64,000 bases of DNA from an uncultured Actinomycetota bacterium. GTDB taxonomy: Bacteria; Actinomycetota; Actinomycetes; Mycobacteriales; SCTD01. Under the pieces are notes generated by a model. That model was not told the origin of the DNA. It did not search any database and was given only the letters and a program-made list of their open reading frames with translations. This document shows positions 1 to 9,466 of the stretch, one piece after another. Location: positions 3,342 to 67,341 of the forward strand of contig CAVXBV010000010.1 in the NCBI GenBank assembly GCA_963760125.1, written 5' to 3'. Each line of letters opens with the position of its first letter. The stretch's first letter is position 1. The position numbers and the translations under genes were made by a program.

Positions 1-1210
1 TCGTGAGCGTGACCACGTGGGGATCACTCCCGGGGTGGGATCGGCCCTGCCATCCCGGGGCCTGGCGAGCGTGGTTGCAGCGTTCGCACAGGCCCTGCAG
101 GTTGTGGGCAGTGGTCGGGCCGTCGTCGGCCCAGGGCTGGATGTGGTCGACCTGCCGGATCGGGGCGTCGCACCAGGGAGTCCGGCAGCTGTCGTCGCGC
201 AGCCGCACCAGAGCGGCCAAGCCGTCGGGCGCGCATCGGGCCTGGGACGAGAGCGCGACGAGACCGCCGTGCGGGCCGGCGTAGAGCTGTCGGACGAAGA
301 CCCGGGTCGTGGCGTCGACGCTGGCGTCGTGAACGAGCTGTCGGACCCAGGGAGCAGGCACTGGCCCCACTCCGGGCAGGTGGCCGGGTGTGTTGTCCTG
401 CGCGAGCAAGGTCGCGTCCGTCAGAACCACCTGCAGCGCAAGGTCGCAGGGTCCCTCGTGCGGGTCGCGGCCGGTGCACCTGGCGACGAGCGTGTCGGCC
501 ATGACCTGACCCAACCCCCGTCCGTCGCCGGCAGCGACGGCGCTCGTGGCTGCGGCGCGCAGCGAGGCGTAGAGGCTCACCGCGTCGGCGACAGGGAGCA
601 GGGCGGTCACGTAGGCCATCGTGTCGGGCGCCGGGCGCAACGAGACGCGCCGCTGCGCAGGGGCCTTTGCCGCGCGCTCGGCGACCGCTGCCACGTCGAG
701 CTCGACCGCGAGACGTCGTACGGCGGCCTCGACCTGACGGTCGCCCATCCCCAGCACGGCGGGGGTGTCGCCGCCGCAGAGCCGCGTGTCGACGGTCCGC
801 CGGTCGGCGAGTGCGAGGCAGGCGGTCTCGCGGACCAACAGGGTGGCACGCCACTCGGTCAGCTCTCCCGCCTGCATCAAGGCGAACGTGCGCGGCATCT
901 CCCGGTCAAGGATCGTCGCCAACCCCAGAAGCCGTGCCGCACGGTGCGGTGACACCCGGCGTGCGAGGGCGAGCTCGGCGGCCACGCCTTCGCCCTGTCG
1001 CGCCGCAGGGACGCCGGCCGCCGCGCGCTCCGTCCGACGGGTCCGGTCGAGGTCGACCGCGTCCCGGGCCTGAGCCGCGGCGACCGCGCACCCGATCTGC
1101 TCGAGGACGCGCAGCCGGCTGACCCGTTCGGCGTTCGTCACATCGCGGTCGAGACCGGCAAGCTGGGTCACCCAGCCAGCCAGGTCATCGATAGAGCGAG
1201 GCTGGTTCAC
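1..1210 (-). CDS. DUF222/HNH endonuclease (13E12 repeat-like), runs off the left edge
   Basis: Manual translation from GTG at 1210 gives MNQPRSIDDLAGW...AAELALARRVSP...LTEWRATLLVRET. The C-terminal part has CRTPWCDAPIRQVDHIQPW...NLQGLCERCNH (HNH motif) in the same frame. Absent from the ORF track because there is no stop in the window. Confidence 0.85.
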   Translation of the reverse strand, partial: MNQPRSIDDLAGWVTQLAGLDRDVTNAERVSRLRVLEQIGCAVAAAQARDAVDLDRTRRTERAAAGVPAARQGEGVAAELALARRVSPHRAARLLGLATILDREMPRTFALMQAGELTEWRATLLVRETACLALADRRTVDTRLCGGDTPAVLGMGDRQVEAAVRRLAVELDVAAVAERAAKAPAQRRVSLRPAPDTMAYVTALLPVADAVSLYASLRAAATSAVAAGDGRGLGQVMADTLVARCTGRDPHEGPCDLALQVVLTDATLLAQDNTPGHLPGVGPVPAPWVRQLVHDASVDATTRVFVRQLYAGPHGGLVALSSQARCAPDGLAALVRLRDDSCRTPWCDAPIRQVDHIQPWADDGPTTAHNLQGLCERCNHARQAPGWQGRSHPGSDPHVVTLT

Positions 1211-1217
1211 GTATTCG

Positions 1218-1246
1218 ATTGTACCGGGTCTAGGAGGCGTCGGCAA
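1218..1246 (-). promoter_or_regulatory. sigma70-like promoter, probably giving a leaderless transcript of the HNH gene
   Basis: Minus strand reads TTGCCG-N17-TACAAT, then 7 nt to the GTG start. Confidence 0.5.
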
Positions 1247-1334
1247 GCCCCTGGGGACAAAGCGGAGGCAGAAAAACCCAGGCAGGGCAGGCGATCTGCG
1301 ATCGCCGGTGTCGATGGTCGATCAGCGCAGGCGA

Positions 1335-2636
1335 CTACGCGTTCGCACCGACGGTGTCCTGCAGGAGCAGCTCGAGCGCCCGCAGCGGGGAGAGCACCTT
1401 GCAGTAGTGGTTGCCGGCGAACTCGGGGTTGAGCTCGGTGTCCGACAGCTGCGTGACGAGAGAGGGCGACTGCACCTGCCAGCGCCCGGTCGTCGGGTCG
1501 GTCGGAGCCAGCAGGAGCGGGGAGAACACCCACTGCGGCCCCGCCGAGGTGGCCTGGTCGGGGAGCACCGCCACGCCTCCTGACCGGGCACGGGCAGCCG
1601 GCGAGAGCACCGCGAGACCCGCAGCGATCGTCGCCTCGGTGAAGCCGGCGCAGGTGGGCGGCGTGCTGTCGACGCGCCGGTAGTCGTCGTACACCGCCTG
1701 GGCGATGGCGGACCGCGACTTCGTCTTGCACATCACCTCCGCGGCCCCAGCTCGGGTGCCGTCGACGACGTAGGAGTTGGTGGTCACCCGTGCCGTCGAT
1801 CCCTCGTCCACGAGCTCCGCCTTGTCGTACAGGAAGCCTCCGAGGTCGCGTTCGGCGACGCCGTCCGGTGTCGGAGCCACGAGGTCGATGTCGGCCCTGT
1901 TGGCTATCGCGAGGAGCCCTTCCTCGGCGAGGTCGGCCGTGTGCGCCTGCAACGAGGAGCACACCGCACCCCCCTGGGCCACCACGGCTGTGCGCACGGC
2001 GGAGACGAGCGCGTCGGCGGCGAGGCGGGCATCGAGGTCGCTCTCCAGGCCGAGCTGACGGCGGACCAGGGAAGCCAGGGCCTCGCCGGTGGACGGGCCG
2101 GCCAGGGCAGCGCGGTCCGCGGCGGGCAGGACGAGGACGTCGCCCGTCCGACCTGCCACGGCGTCGACGACCGGCACCAGCCGGTCGAGCTCTCCGAGCA
2201 CCTGCAGCGTCGCTTCCTCGTCGGCGCCAATGGCCGCCGTGCCCGCGAGGTCGTGGGTCTCGCCGAGCGAGGTCGCGGAGGCAGCAGCGTCGCCGAAGCC
2301 GGCCACGACGACGGCGCGGTCCGAGCCCGAGAATCCTGCTGTGCGGGCCGCAGCGATTGCCGAGGCATAGGTCTGCTCCCCGGCGATGCGCCCGGGCGTG
2401 GTCAGCGCGACCCAGAGGCGGAGTCCGCCCGCGGCCGCTTGCGCTGCGGCGGCCACGGGTCGCAGCTGCTCAGTGGTCGTACCGGTGGCGCCCAGGAGGA
2501 CCAGCAGCGCAGGGTGCGCCTTACCGGGCTTGGTGGGTGGCAGCACCGTGGGGCCGTCCACGACGGGCAACGCGTTGGCGTGGGGCACGACGACGGCCGA
2601 GACGGCGAGCACAGCCAGGACGAGGAGACGGCGCAC
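1335..2636 (-). CDS. Secreted hypothetical protein with a possible degenerate alpha/beta-hydrolase N-domain and a Cys-containing C-domain
   Basis: Signal peptide MRRLLVLAVLAVSAVVVPHANA; C-terminal MCKTKSR and GNHYCKVLSP; last gene of the minus-strand operon. Confidence 0.65.
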   Translation of the reverse strand: MRRLLVLAVLAVSAVVVPHANALPVVDGPTVLPPTKPGKAHPALLVLLGATGTTTEQLRPVAAAAQAAAGGLRLWVALTTPGRIAGEQTYASAIAAARTAGFSGSDRAVVVAGFGDAAASATSLGETHDLAGTAAIGADEEATLQVLGELDRLVPVVDAVAGRTGDVLVLPAADRAALAGPSTGEALASLVRRQLGLESDLDARLAADALVSAVRTAVVAQGGAVCSSLQAHTADLAEEGLLAIANRADIDLVAPTPDGVAERDLGGFLYDKAELVDEGSTARVTTNSYVVDGTRAGAAEVMCKTKSRSAIAQAVYDDYRRVDSTPPTCAGFTEATIAAGLAVLSPAARARSGGVAVLPDQATSAGPQWVFSPLLLAPTDPTTGRWQVQSPSLVTQLSDTELNPEFAGNHYCKVLSPLRALELLLQDTVGANA

Positions 2637-2638
2637 GA

Positions 2639-3949
2639 TCAGCTCCGGGGTGAGGTGGGGACGGTGGGTTGCTCAAGGGGGACGACGACGCGACCGCGGA
2701 TGATGAGCCCGTACACGAGCACCCCCACGCTGGCGAAACCGAACAGCGCGAACGGTGCAGCGGGCCGCCACAGGTCGTACAGCTGACCGCCCACCTCGAG
2801 GGCGAACAGGATGCCGAGCGCTCCGAAGGCGGTGAAGACCCCGACGACGGAGCCGCGGATCCGCGGCACAGCCTGCTGGCCGATGAGCACCGTGCTGGCG
2901 ATGACCCCGCCGACCTCGCCGACGCCGATGAGCACCGCGCAGGCATACATCCCCGCGCCCAGCGGGTCGCTGATGAGAAGCGTCGACGTGTAGCCGACGG
3001 CCGAGATCCCGCAAGTGATCAGCAGCGCGTCGACCCGCGGGATCCGGTCCGTGAGCTTGCCGATGAGCGGGGCCGACAGCAGGGCGCACGTCTGGGCGAT
3101 GCCGATGACCGCCCCGGCCTTGGCGAGGGCCTCGTTGGAGGTCAGGCCTCGCTCGTTGGTGCCGAAATCCTGCAGCCACAAGGTGAAGAAGGTCCCGACG
3201 ACGGCCAGGTTGCCGCGCGAGAGGAACGCCGCCGCGTAAGCCAGGGCGATGCCCGGGTCACGGCCGGCGCTCAGACCCTGGCGCAGCAGGACCGACAGAG
3301 GTGGTGCCGTCTCCCGCTCGGCGACGTTGTGCGCGGGGAGGTCGCGCCACAGCCAGAGGGCCAGGGCGACGCACATCAGCGCCACGACGCCGTACGCGGC
3401 GCGCGCCGCGTCGACCTCCGACAGGCCGGCCCTCTCGAAGCCCTTGGGCAAGGAGACGAGGCCGAAGACCGTGAGGACGGCACCGAAGCCGTTCATCACC
3501 CCGAGCAGGCCGGCCGCTCGTCCTCGGGAAGGGAGCGCGGCGAAGTCACTGACGACCGTCGAGATCATCCCCGCCACCGCCGCGGCGCCGAGGGCGAAGA
3601 CGATGCGGAACAGGCCGAGCTCCAGCACCGATCCGGCAAAGGGCGCGAGCACCAGGCCGAGCGCGACGAGCAGGAAGCCGCCGACAAAGACCGGCCGCCG
3701 GCCGATGCGGTCCGACAGTGAGCCGAAGAAGCCCACCGTGAACAAGATGATGACCTCGCCCGCAACACCGATGTGCCCGCTGGCGCTGCCCTTCTCCCCC
3801 TCGGGGACGCCGATCAGCTCGAGCAGCGTGCTCTGCGCGGCCGCGATGAAGGTGAACGCGGCAAGCCCGAACAGGCAGGCAGCGTAGAAGGCGCGCATGT
3901 TGCGGCGAGTCACCCCGGCGGCCAACGTCACGCCCCAGTAGGTGATCAC
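2639..3949 (-). CDS. MFS transporter
   Basis: About 12 hydrophobic segments and MFS motif A (GSLSDRIGRR; GKLTDRIPR). Start reassigned to GTG 3949, which overlaps the upstream stop (GTGA). Confidence 0.9.
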   Translation of the reverse strand: MITYWGVTLAAGVTRRNMRAFYAACLFGLAAFTFIAAAQSTLLELIGVPEGEKGSASGHIGVAGEVIILFTVGFFGSLSDRIGRRPVFVGGFLLVALGLVLAPFAGSVLELGLFRIVFALGAAAVAGMISTVVSDFAALPSRGRAAGLLGVMNGFGAVLTVFGLVSLPKGFERAGLSEVDAARAAYGVVALMCVALALWLWRDLPAHNVAERETAPPLSVLLRQGLSAGRDPGIALAYAAAFLSRGNLAVVGTFFTLWLQDFGTNERGLTSNEALAKAGAVIGIAQTCALLSAPLIGKLTDRIPRVDALLITCGISAVGYTSTLLISDPLGAGMYACAVLIGVGEVGGVIASTVLIGQQAVPRIRGSVVGVFTAFGALGILFALEVGGQLYDLWRPAAPFALFGFASVGVLVYGLIIRGRVVVPLEQPTVPTSPRS

Positions 3950-4848
3950 GGCACGACCTCGGGCGCGACGTCGCGGGCGAAGGCCTCCCAGCTCGACAGG
4001 ATGGGCCCCAGGTCCCAGTCGGTCGGGGCCTCGAGGTAGGAGGGGCAGTCGCGCAGGATCCGCTGCAGCAGGGGCGGGGGTACGTCGTCCAGCCCGCGTC
4101 GGGCCGTGCGGCTGAACAGCCGTCCGAAGAGCACACCGTCCACGCCGCTCCCCATGCGCATCCACGGCCACCACGGCGACAACCGGGAGAAGCCGGCGCG
4201 GAAGTGGGCCGACGGCGCGCTCGTGTCGGAGAGCTCCGACAGCGAGGTGTAGATCGTGAAGTGCTCGGACGGGTTGATCGTCGGTCCCGTCGAGGCCGTC
4301 GGCCAGCGCACCGGGTCGACGGGGTTCGGGTAGCAGTGGGCGTAGTCCCACTCGAGGAGCACCTCGTCGCCGTACACCTGCCAGGGGAGGACGAACGGCA
4401 CGGTGCCGGAGGCATCCGCAGCGGGGGCCGAGCCCTCGTTCATGAGAGCCTCGTCGGTCGAGTCCCCGACGGTGAGCCGTGGCATCTCGAGACCGAGCTC
4501 ACCGCCGATGCGGTCGTTGAGGAACGGGGAGACCTCGACGCGCTGGCCGGTGAAGGGGTTGTCCCAGTGGTCGATCACCGCGCCGGTCGCGAGGTCGGTG
4601 AAGTAGCCGGTCTCCTTGCCTCGCAGCTGCACGTGCCCGTTGTCGAGCAGGCGGCAGACGGTGACGCCCGTCCCGACGTACCCGAACAGCGGTTGCAGGC
4701 GCTCGCCCGCGCGGGAGGCGAACATCGTGCCGTGGAAGATCCCGAGCACCGGGTCGCCGAAGCTGGCCCACAGCTTGCCGAACGCGGCAACGTTTGCCGC
4801 CGGGTCGATCGGGTCGAAGGCAGGGAGCGTCCCGCCGGGCGCTCGCAC
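3946..4848 (-). CDS. DUF1838-like protein
   Basis: DPAANVAAFGKLW..., LQPLFGYVG, WDNPFTG and RLSPWWPWMRMG resemble the DUF1838 family as I recall it. Confidence 0.65.
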   Translation of the reverse strand: MRAPGGTLPAFDPIDPAANVAAFGKLWASFGDPVLGIFHGTMFASRAGERLQPLFGYVGTGVTVCRLLDNGHVQLRGKETGYFTDLATGAVIDHWDNPFTGQRVEVSPFLNDRIGGELGLEMPRLTVGDSTDEALMNEGSAPAADASGTVPFVLPWQVYGDEVLLEWDYAHCYPNPVDPVRWPTASTGPTINPSEHFTIYTSLSELSDTSAPSAHFRAGFSRLSPWWPWMRMGSGVDGVLFGRLFSRTARRGLDDVPPPLLQRILRDCPSYLEAPTDWDLGPILSSWEAFARDVAPEVVP

Positions 4849-4851
4849 CGG

Positions 4852-6129
4852 CTACTTCTTCTGGTCGAGGGTGGCGAGGCCGGCGTAGCCCCGGCCCTCG
4901 ACGACGGTCTTGGCCGTGTCCAGGCGGCCACGGGTCGAGGGGAAGGCCTGGACGAGGCCCATGGCGGCGTCGCGCATCGCGCGTCCCAGGGGCCCGTCCA
5001 TGACGGCCGTGGAGGTCCCGCACATCTGGAACGACGCCATGACCGTGGCGAAGGAGTCGTCGCAGATCGAGCCCTTGGACAGCCGCCAGGTCTTCACGAC
5101 CTCCTCCTTGGGTGCGACCGGCGGGTCACTGCTCTCGAGCAGGAGCTGGCGCCGCAGCCACAGGTGAGCGCTCTCCAGCTTCTGCTCGGCCTCGCCGATG
5201 AACACCTGGTGCATCGGGCTGGTCGCCAGCGCCGCACCGGTGTCGGCGAACGTCAGGGTCATCGAGCGGTCGAGGGCGTACTCGTAGGCACCGCGGGCGA
5301 TGCCGGCGTAGATGGCCGCGATGGCGACCTGGTTGCCGACCCACGAGCCGCGGCTGACCTGGGTCGCACGGCTGAAGCCGCCGGGGATCGTGAGGGAGAG
5401 CTCGTCAGCGACGAAGGCGCCGTCCAGGACGATGCCGTGGTTGGCCGACGCGCGCATGCCCAGGCCGTTCCAGACCGTCCGGTTGCGGACGCCGTCCTTC
5501 GTGCGGTCGACGAGGAACAGGCACAGCGACTCCATCCCCTCGAGGTCGTCGCGCCGCGCGGTGACGAGGTAGTAGTCGGCCGTACCGGTCAAGCAGCCGA
5601 AGGACTTCTCGCCGTACAGCTGCCAACCGCCCTCGACCCGCTTGGCCACGGTCTGGATGAGGACGCTGGCGTTGCTGGCCTTGACCGCTTCGCTGGCGAA
5701 GTTGCCGATCCACAGGCGGTCGCGGCCCAGGCCGTGCAGGACCCGCTCGGCGAAGGCCCGGACGACAGGCGCCTCCTCGTCGGTGTAGAGGCCGGCCTCG
5801 ATCGCGGCCAGCGGGAGGAGCCCGCGGCTGCTGGAGGAGCAGTGGAAGAAGAAGGACAGCGCGGTGGATCCACACACCGTGCCCAGGGCGTACGTCGTGG
5901 CGGTGAGGTCGCGCAGGCCGCCGCCCATCCCGCCGTACTCCTCGGGAACGACCAGGCCGAGCAGGCCGGAGTCGCGGAACAGGCGCACGTGCGCCTCAGG
6001 GAACTCCCCGGCGGCGTCGGCCTCGGCGGCGAGATCGCGAATGGCCGGGAGCACCCCTTCCACCACGGCCGCGCGGCTGCGCTCGGCGTCGGTCAGGTCC
6101 TCGATGAGCCGTTCTGCGGTGAGTGCCAT
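4852..6129 (-). CDS. Acyl-CoA dehydrogenase-family protein, probably the oxygenase of a two-component flavin monooxygenase
   Basis: GLLGLVVPEEYGGMG, GEKSF and WNGLGMRASANH motifs; divergent from a flavin reductase gene. Confidence 0.8.
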   Translation of the reverse strand: MALTAERLIEDLTDAERSRAAVVEGVLPAIRDLAAEADAAGEFPEAHVRLFRDSGLLGLVVPEEYGGMGGGLRDLTATTYALGTVCGSTALSFFFHCSSSSRGLLPLAAIEAGLYTDEEAPVVRAFAERVLHGLGRDRLWIGNFASEAVKASNASVLIQTVAKRVEGGWQLYGEKSFGCLTGTADYYLVTARRDDLEGMESLCLFLVDRTKDGVRNRTVWNGLGMRASANHGIVLDGAFVADELSLTIPGGFSRATQVSRGSWVGNQVAIAAIYAGIARGAYEYALDRSMTLTFADTGAALATSPMHQVFIGEAEQKLESAHLWLRRQLLLESSDPPVAPKEEVVKTWRLSKGSICDDSFATVMASFQMCGTSTAVMDGPLGRAMRDAAMGLVQAFPSTRGRLDTAKTVVEGRGYAGLATLDQKK

Positions 6130-6144
6130 GCCCGGACTGTATCT

Positions 6145-6157
6145 GGAACAGTGTTCC
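6145..6157. promoter_or_regulatory. Palindromic operator GGAAC-AGT-GTTCC
   Basis: Perfect 5-3-5 palindrome in a divergent intergenic region; recurs at 12439, 28920 and 29011. Confidence 0.75.
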
Positions 6158-6185
6158 GTTGGAAGGGACAGTTGCCCTAGAGTGC

Positions 6186-7166
6186 GTGCCAGTCGAACCC
6201 GAGGAGGCCGCCATCGGCACCGTTGACGCCGCGGCCTTCCGTGCGGTCCTGGGCCAGTGGCCCACGGGGGTCACGCTGGTGACGACGCTGCACCAGGGGG
6301 CGCCGTACGGCGTCACCGCGAGCTCGTTCAGCAGTGTGAGCCTCGACCCCCCGCTGGTATCGGTCTGCCTTGCCCGCAGCGCTTTTGCCCACGACCTGGT
6401 CCGGGACGCGGGGTTGTTCGGGGTCACCATCCTCGGAAAGGACCACGCAGGGCTGGGGATGGCCTTTGCGCGCTATCAGGCAGGTGTCGACCGCTTCGAG
6501 GGCAACGACTGGGTCACCGCCGAGACCGGGGCACCGCTGCTCGCGACGTCCCTCGGCTGGCTCGACTGCCGCGTCGCCCACGCGTACGACGGTGGCGACC
6601 ACACGATTTTCGTCGGTGAGGTCCTGGCGGCCGACACCCCTCGGACGACGTCGCCGCTGCTCTACCACTCGCGCACGTGGGGCCAGTTCGCCGACCAGCT
6701 GCCGGACGAGGTCGTCCTCGTGCGGCCGGACAGCAGCGACATCGCTGTCGTGGCGGGTGACGAGGGCTCGTTAGGGCTCGCCGTCGCGGCGCTGCAGCGG
6801 TCGAGCGACCTTCATCGCCGGCCTCGGCTGGTCGTCGAGGGCGCCTTCGGCGTGAAGCCGCTGCTGCTGGCCGAAGCGCTCGCCGTGCTCGCTGCCCTCG
6901 GCCCGGATGAGATCGTCCTCGTCGATGACGGCACCGTCACGCCGGTGCAAGTCCGCGAGGGCTGCCGTGAGGCGGTGCTCTCGGTGCGGCCGGTACCGCT
7001 CGCCGTGCGCGTCTCCGCGGCTGCGGGCCTCGGGCAGGCCAACCTGCTGACCGTCCTCAAGAGCGGCGTCTCCCGCCTCGACGTCGGCCCCGGTTCGGTC
7101 GATCGCGCCACCATCGCCCTGCTGGTCGACAGCCTCGACCTCCGTCTGCAAGGAGAATCCTCGTGA
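6186..7166 (+). CDS. Flavin reductase domain fused to a degenerate HMG-CoA-lyase-like domain
   Basis: FRAVLGQWPTGVT, SFSSVSLDPPLV and GGDHTIFVGEV. The C-terminal EIVLVDDGTVTP...GLGQANLLTVLKSGV resembles the HMGL barrel. Start is uncertain (likely GTG near 6186). Confidence 0.8.
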   Translation: MPVEPEEAAIGTVDAAAFRAVLGQWPTGVTLVTTLHQGAPYGVTASSFSSVSLDPPLVSVCLARSAFAHDLVRDAGLFGVTILGKDHAGLGMAFARYQAGVDRFEGNDWVTAETGAPLLATSLGWLDCRVAHAYDGGDHTIFVGEVLAADTPRTTSPLLYHSRTWGQFADQLPDEVVLVRPDSSDIAVVAGDEGSLGLAVAALQRSSDLHRRPRLVVEGAFGVKPLLLAEALAVLAALGPDEIVLVDDGTVTPVQVREGCREAVLSVRPVPLAVRVSAAAGLGQANLLTVLKSGVSRLDVGPGSVDRATIALLVDSLDLRLQGESS

Positions 7167-8596
7167 GCCTGCCTCCGTTGTCCGACCTCGTGGACGGGGA
7201 GAAATCCGCCCCGACGGTGGACCTCGGCACCTGGCTCGAGGACCCCAACACCGGCGAGCAGGTCCAGCTTCAGGTCGCGACCGATGCTGCGACGCTCGAA
7301 CGCGCTGTCTGCGCGGCGCAGCGGGTGCACGAGGCAGGAACCTGGTCCGGGCTGTCCGCGGACGCCCGGGCCGACTGGCTCGAGAGGTACGCCGACGCGC
7401 TGGCCCCCCGTTGCGCGGAGGTCGCACGGTTGGAGTCGCTGACCACGGGCGCGCCGATCAGCCAGACCTCCATGCTGTCGTTCATCGTGCACGCGGCGTT
7501 CCGTCTTGTCGCCGAGCAGCTGCGGGCCGGACTGCTGACCCGAACCTACGACGGACCCGCCGGCGACGTCGTCGTCCGCCGGCTCCCGCTCGGTCCGGCC
7601 CTGTGCCTGGTCCCGTGGAACGCCCCCGCACCCATGGCCGCCCACAAGGTCGCGTCGGCTCTGGGCGCCGGCTGCCCCGTGATCCTCAAGCCGTCGGAGT
7701 TCGCCCCGCACGGCAGCGGGGCCCTCGCCGACGCCGCGGTCGAGATCGGCTTGCCTGCGGGGGTTTTCCAGCTCGTCCACGGGGACGTGTCCGTCGGCAA
7801 GGCGCTGGTGGACGATCCGCGCATCCGTGCGGTCTCCTTCACCGGAGGACTCGCCGGTGGGCGCGCCATCGCCGCCGCGTCGGTGGAGACGTTGCGTCCG
7901 GTCCAGCTCGAGCTCGGTGGGCACAACGCGCTCGTCGTCCTGCCGGACGCTGACCTCGACCAGGCAGCGGGTGCGGTCGTCGGGCTGATGACGACCCTGA
8001 ACGGCCAGTGGTGCCGCTCCCTCGGTCGCCTCGTCGTCCCCGCCGAACTGCAGGACGACCTGCTGGCTCGGGTGCTGGCACAGCTCGCCGACGTACGTCT
8101 GGGGCACTGCCTCGACGAGGCGTCGCAGATGGGTCCGATCGTGCACAGCGGACACCTCGCCCACCTCCGTGCCCGCACCGAAGCGCTCGGCGGCAAGGTC
8201 CACACCGCTACCCCGCTGCCCGACCTCACCGGCAACTTCCTGGCGCCCACGCTCGTGACCGGAGTGGCGTCGGACGACGCGCTGCACGAGATCTTCGGAC
8301 CGGTCGCGACCGTCCACGCCTACGACACGGTCGACGAGGCGGTCGCCCTGGCGAACGCGACGCCGTACGGGCTGGAGGCCTACGTCGTCGGGACCGACAC
8401 CGAGGAGGCCCTCGCCGTGGCGGGTCGGATCCGGGCCGGCGGGGTCAAGGTCAATGGGGTCTCGCCGCTGTCGCTTCACCTCATGGCGCCCCGCCCGGCG
8501 TGGGGGCTGTCCGGGCTCGGCGCGGAGGGGACCATCGAGACGATCACGTTCTTCACCGGCGAGCAGGTCGTGGGCGTGGAGGGCTTCCCGGGGTGA
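7163..8596 (+). CDS. Aldehyde dehydrogenase
   Basis: PWNAP, LKPSE, SFTGG, LELGGH, NGQWC and EIFGPV motifs. Confidence 0.93.
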   Translation: MSLPPLSDLVDGEKSAPTVDLGTWLEDPNTGEQVQLQVATDAATLERAVCAAQRVHEAGTWSGLSADARADWLERYADALAPRCAEVARLESLTTGAPISQTSMLSFIVHAAFRLVAEQLRAGLLTRTYDGPAGDVVVRRLPLGPALCLVPWNAPAPMAAHKVASALGAGCPVILKPSEFAPHGSGALADAAVEIGLPAGVFQLVHGDVSVGKALVDDPRIRAVSFTGGLAGGRAIAAASVETLRPVQLELGGHNALVVLPDADLDQAAGAVVGLMTTLNGQWCRSLGRLVVPAELQDDLLARVLAQLADVRLGHCLDEASQMGPIVHSGHLAHLRARTEALGGKVHTATPLPDLTGNFLAPTLVTGVASDDALHEIFGPVATVHAYDTVDEAVALANATPYGLEAYVVGTDTEEALAVAGRIRAGGVKVNGVSPLSLHLMAPRPAWGLSGLGAEGTIETITFFTGEQVVGVEGFPG

Positions 8597-9354
8597 CCCG
8601 GCGCGACGCGCTACTCGTCGAGCACGACGGCGAGCAGCTCGGGGTCGAGGTCTGCGGCGACGGGCCCGCCGTCGTCCTGCTGCACGGCTCCGGCGGCAAT
8701 CGGGCGACGTGGTGGCAGCAGGTCGTGCCGCTGTCCCGTACCCACACCGTGGTCACCGTCGAGGCTCGCGGGTACGGACGGTCCACCGACCGCGCTGACC
8801 AGTCCGGACCCGTGGCCTGCGCGGCGGACCTGGAGGCGGTGCGGCTGCACCTGGGCCTTCCGACGTGGCACGTCGTCGGACACTCCCTCGGCGGCTGGAC
8901 CGCCCTCCGGTACGCCGTCACCCACCCCGCTGCGTGCTCGTCGGTGGTGCTGCTCAACTCGGTCGCCGGCGTCTTTCCGCTGGAGGTCGAGCAGTGGTGG
9001 GAGCAGCTGGCCTCGCGTGGCTGGCCGGCGCAGGCGCTGGCCGAGCCGCCGTCGTTGCTGGGGCAGGGGACACCGCTGGCCCACCTCTACCAGCTCGTCG
9101 GTGCGCTCAATGATCCGCCGTCGTTCACCGGTCCCGCTGCCCGCATCCGGGAAGATGACCTCACCGACCTGACGTCGCTGACGATGCCGGTCACCTTCGT
9201 CGCTGGCGCCGCCGACGAAACCGTCCCCGCTGGTGTCGTCCGTGCTGCCGCCGCGGCGGTGGGCGCGACGTATGTCGAGGTCGCCGGTGGGCACGTGCCG
9301 TTCTGGGAGGACCCAAAGGGCTTCAACCACCTGCTGCTCGGTCTCCTTACCTGA
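8593..9354 (+). CDS. Alpha/beta hydrolase
   Basis: LLHGSGG, GYGRS, GHSLGG nucleophile and GGHVPF. Start GTG 8593 overlaps the ALDH stop. Confidence 0.88.
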   Translation: MTRRDALLVEHDGEQLGVEVCGDGPAVVLLHGSGGNRATWWQQVVPLSRTHTVVTVEARGYGRSTDRADQSGPVACAADLEAVRLHLGLPTWHVVGHSLGGWTALRYAVTHPAACSSVVLLNSVAGVFPLEVEQWWEQLASRGWPAQALAEPPSLLGQGTPLAHLYQLVGALNDPPSFTGPAARIREDDLTDLTSLTMPVTFVAGAADETVPAGVVRAAAAAVGATYVEVAGGHVPFWEDPKGFNHLLLGLLT

Positions 9355-9466
9355 GTCGAGCGGGTAGGCGCGGAGCGAGAAGGCCGCGGCGCCGGGACGT
9401 GCCCTCGCGAACTGTCCGAAGCTCTGCGCTCGGCTGTGTCCGCAGCGTCGGACAGACCCGGGGCCT

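Noticed and set aside
1-1210. DUF222/HNH gene as the mobility module of the island
   Set aside because: This family is commonly dispersed in actinobacteria. No integrase, att site or flanking repeats are visible, and the gene is truncated by the window edge.
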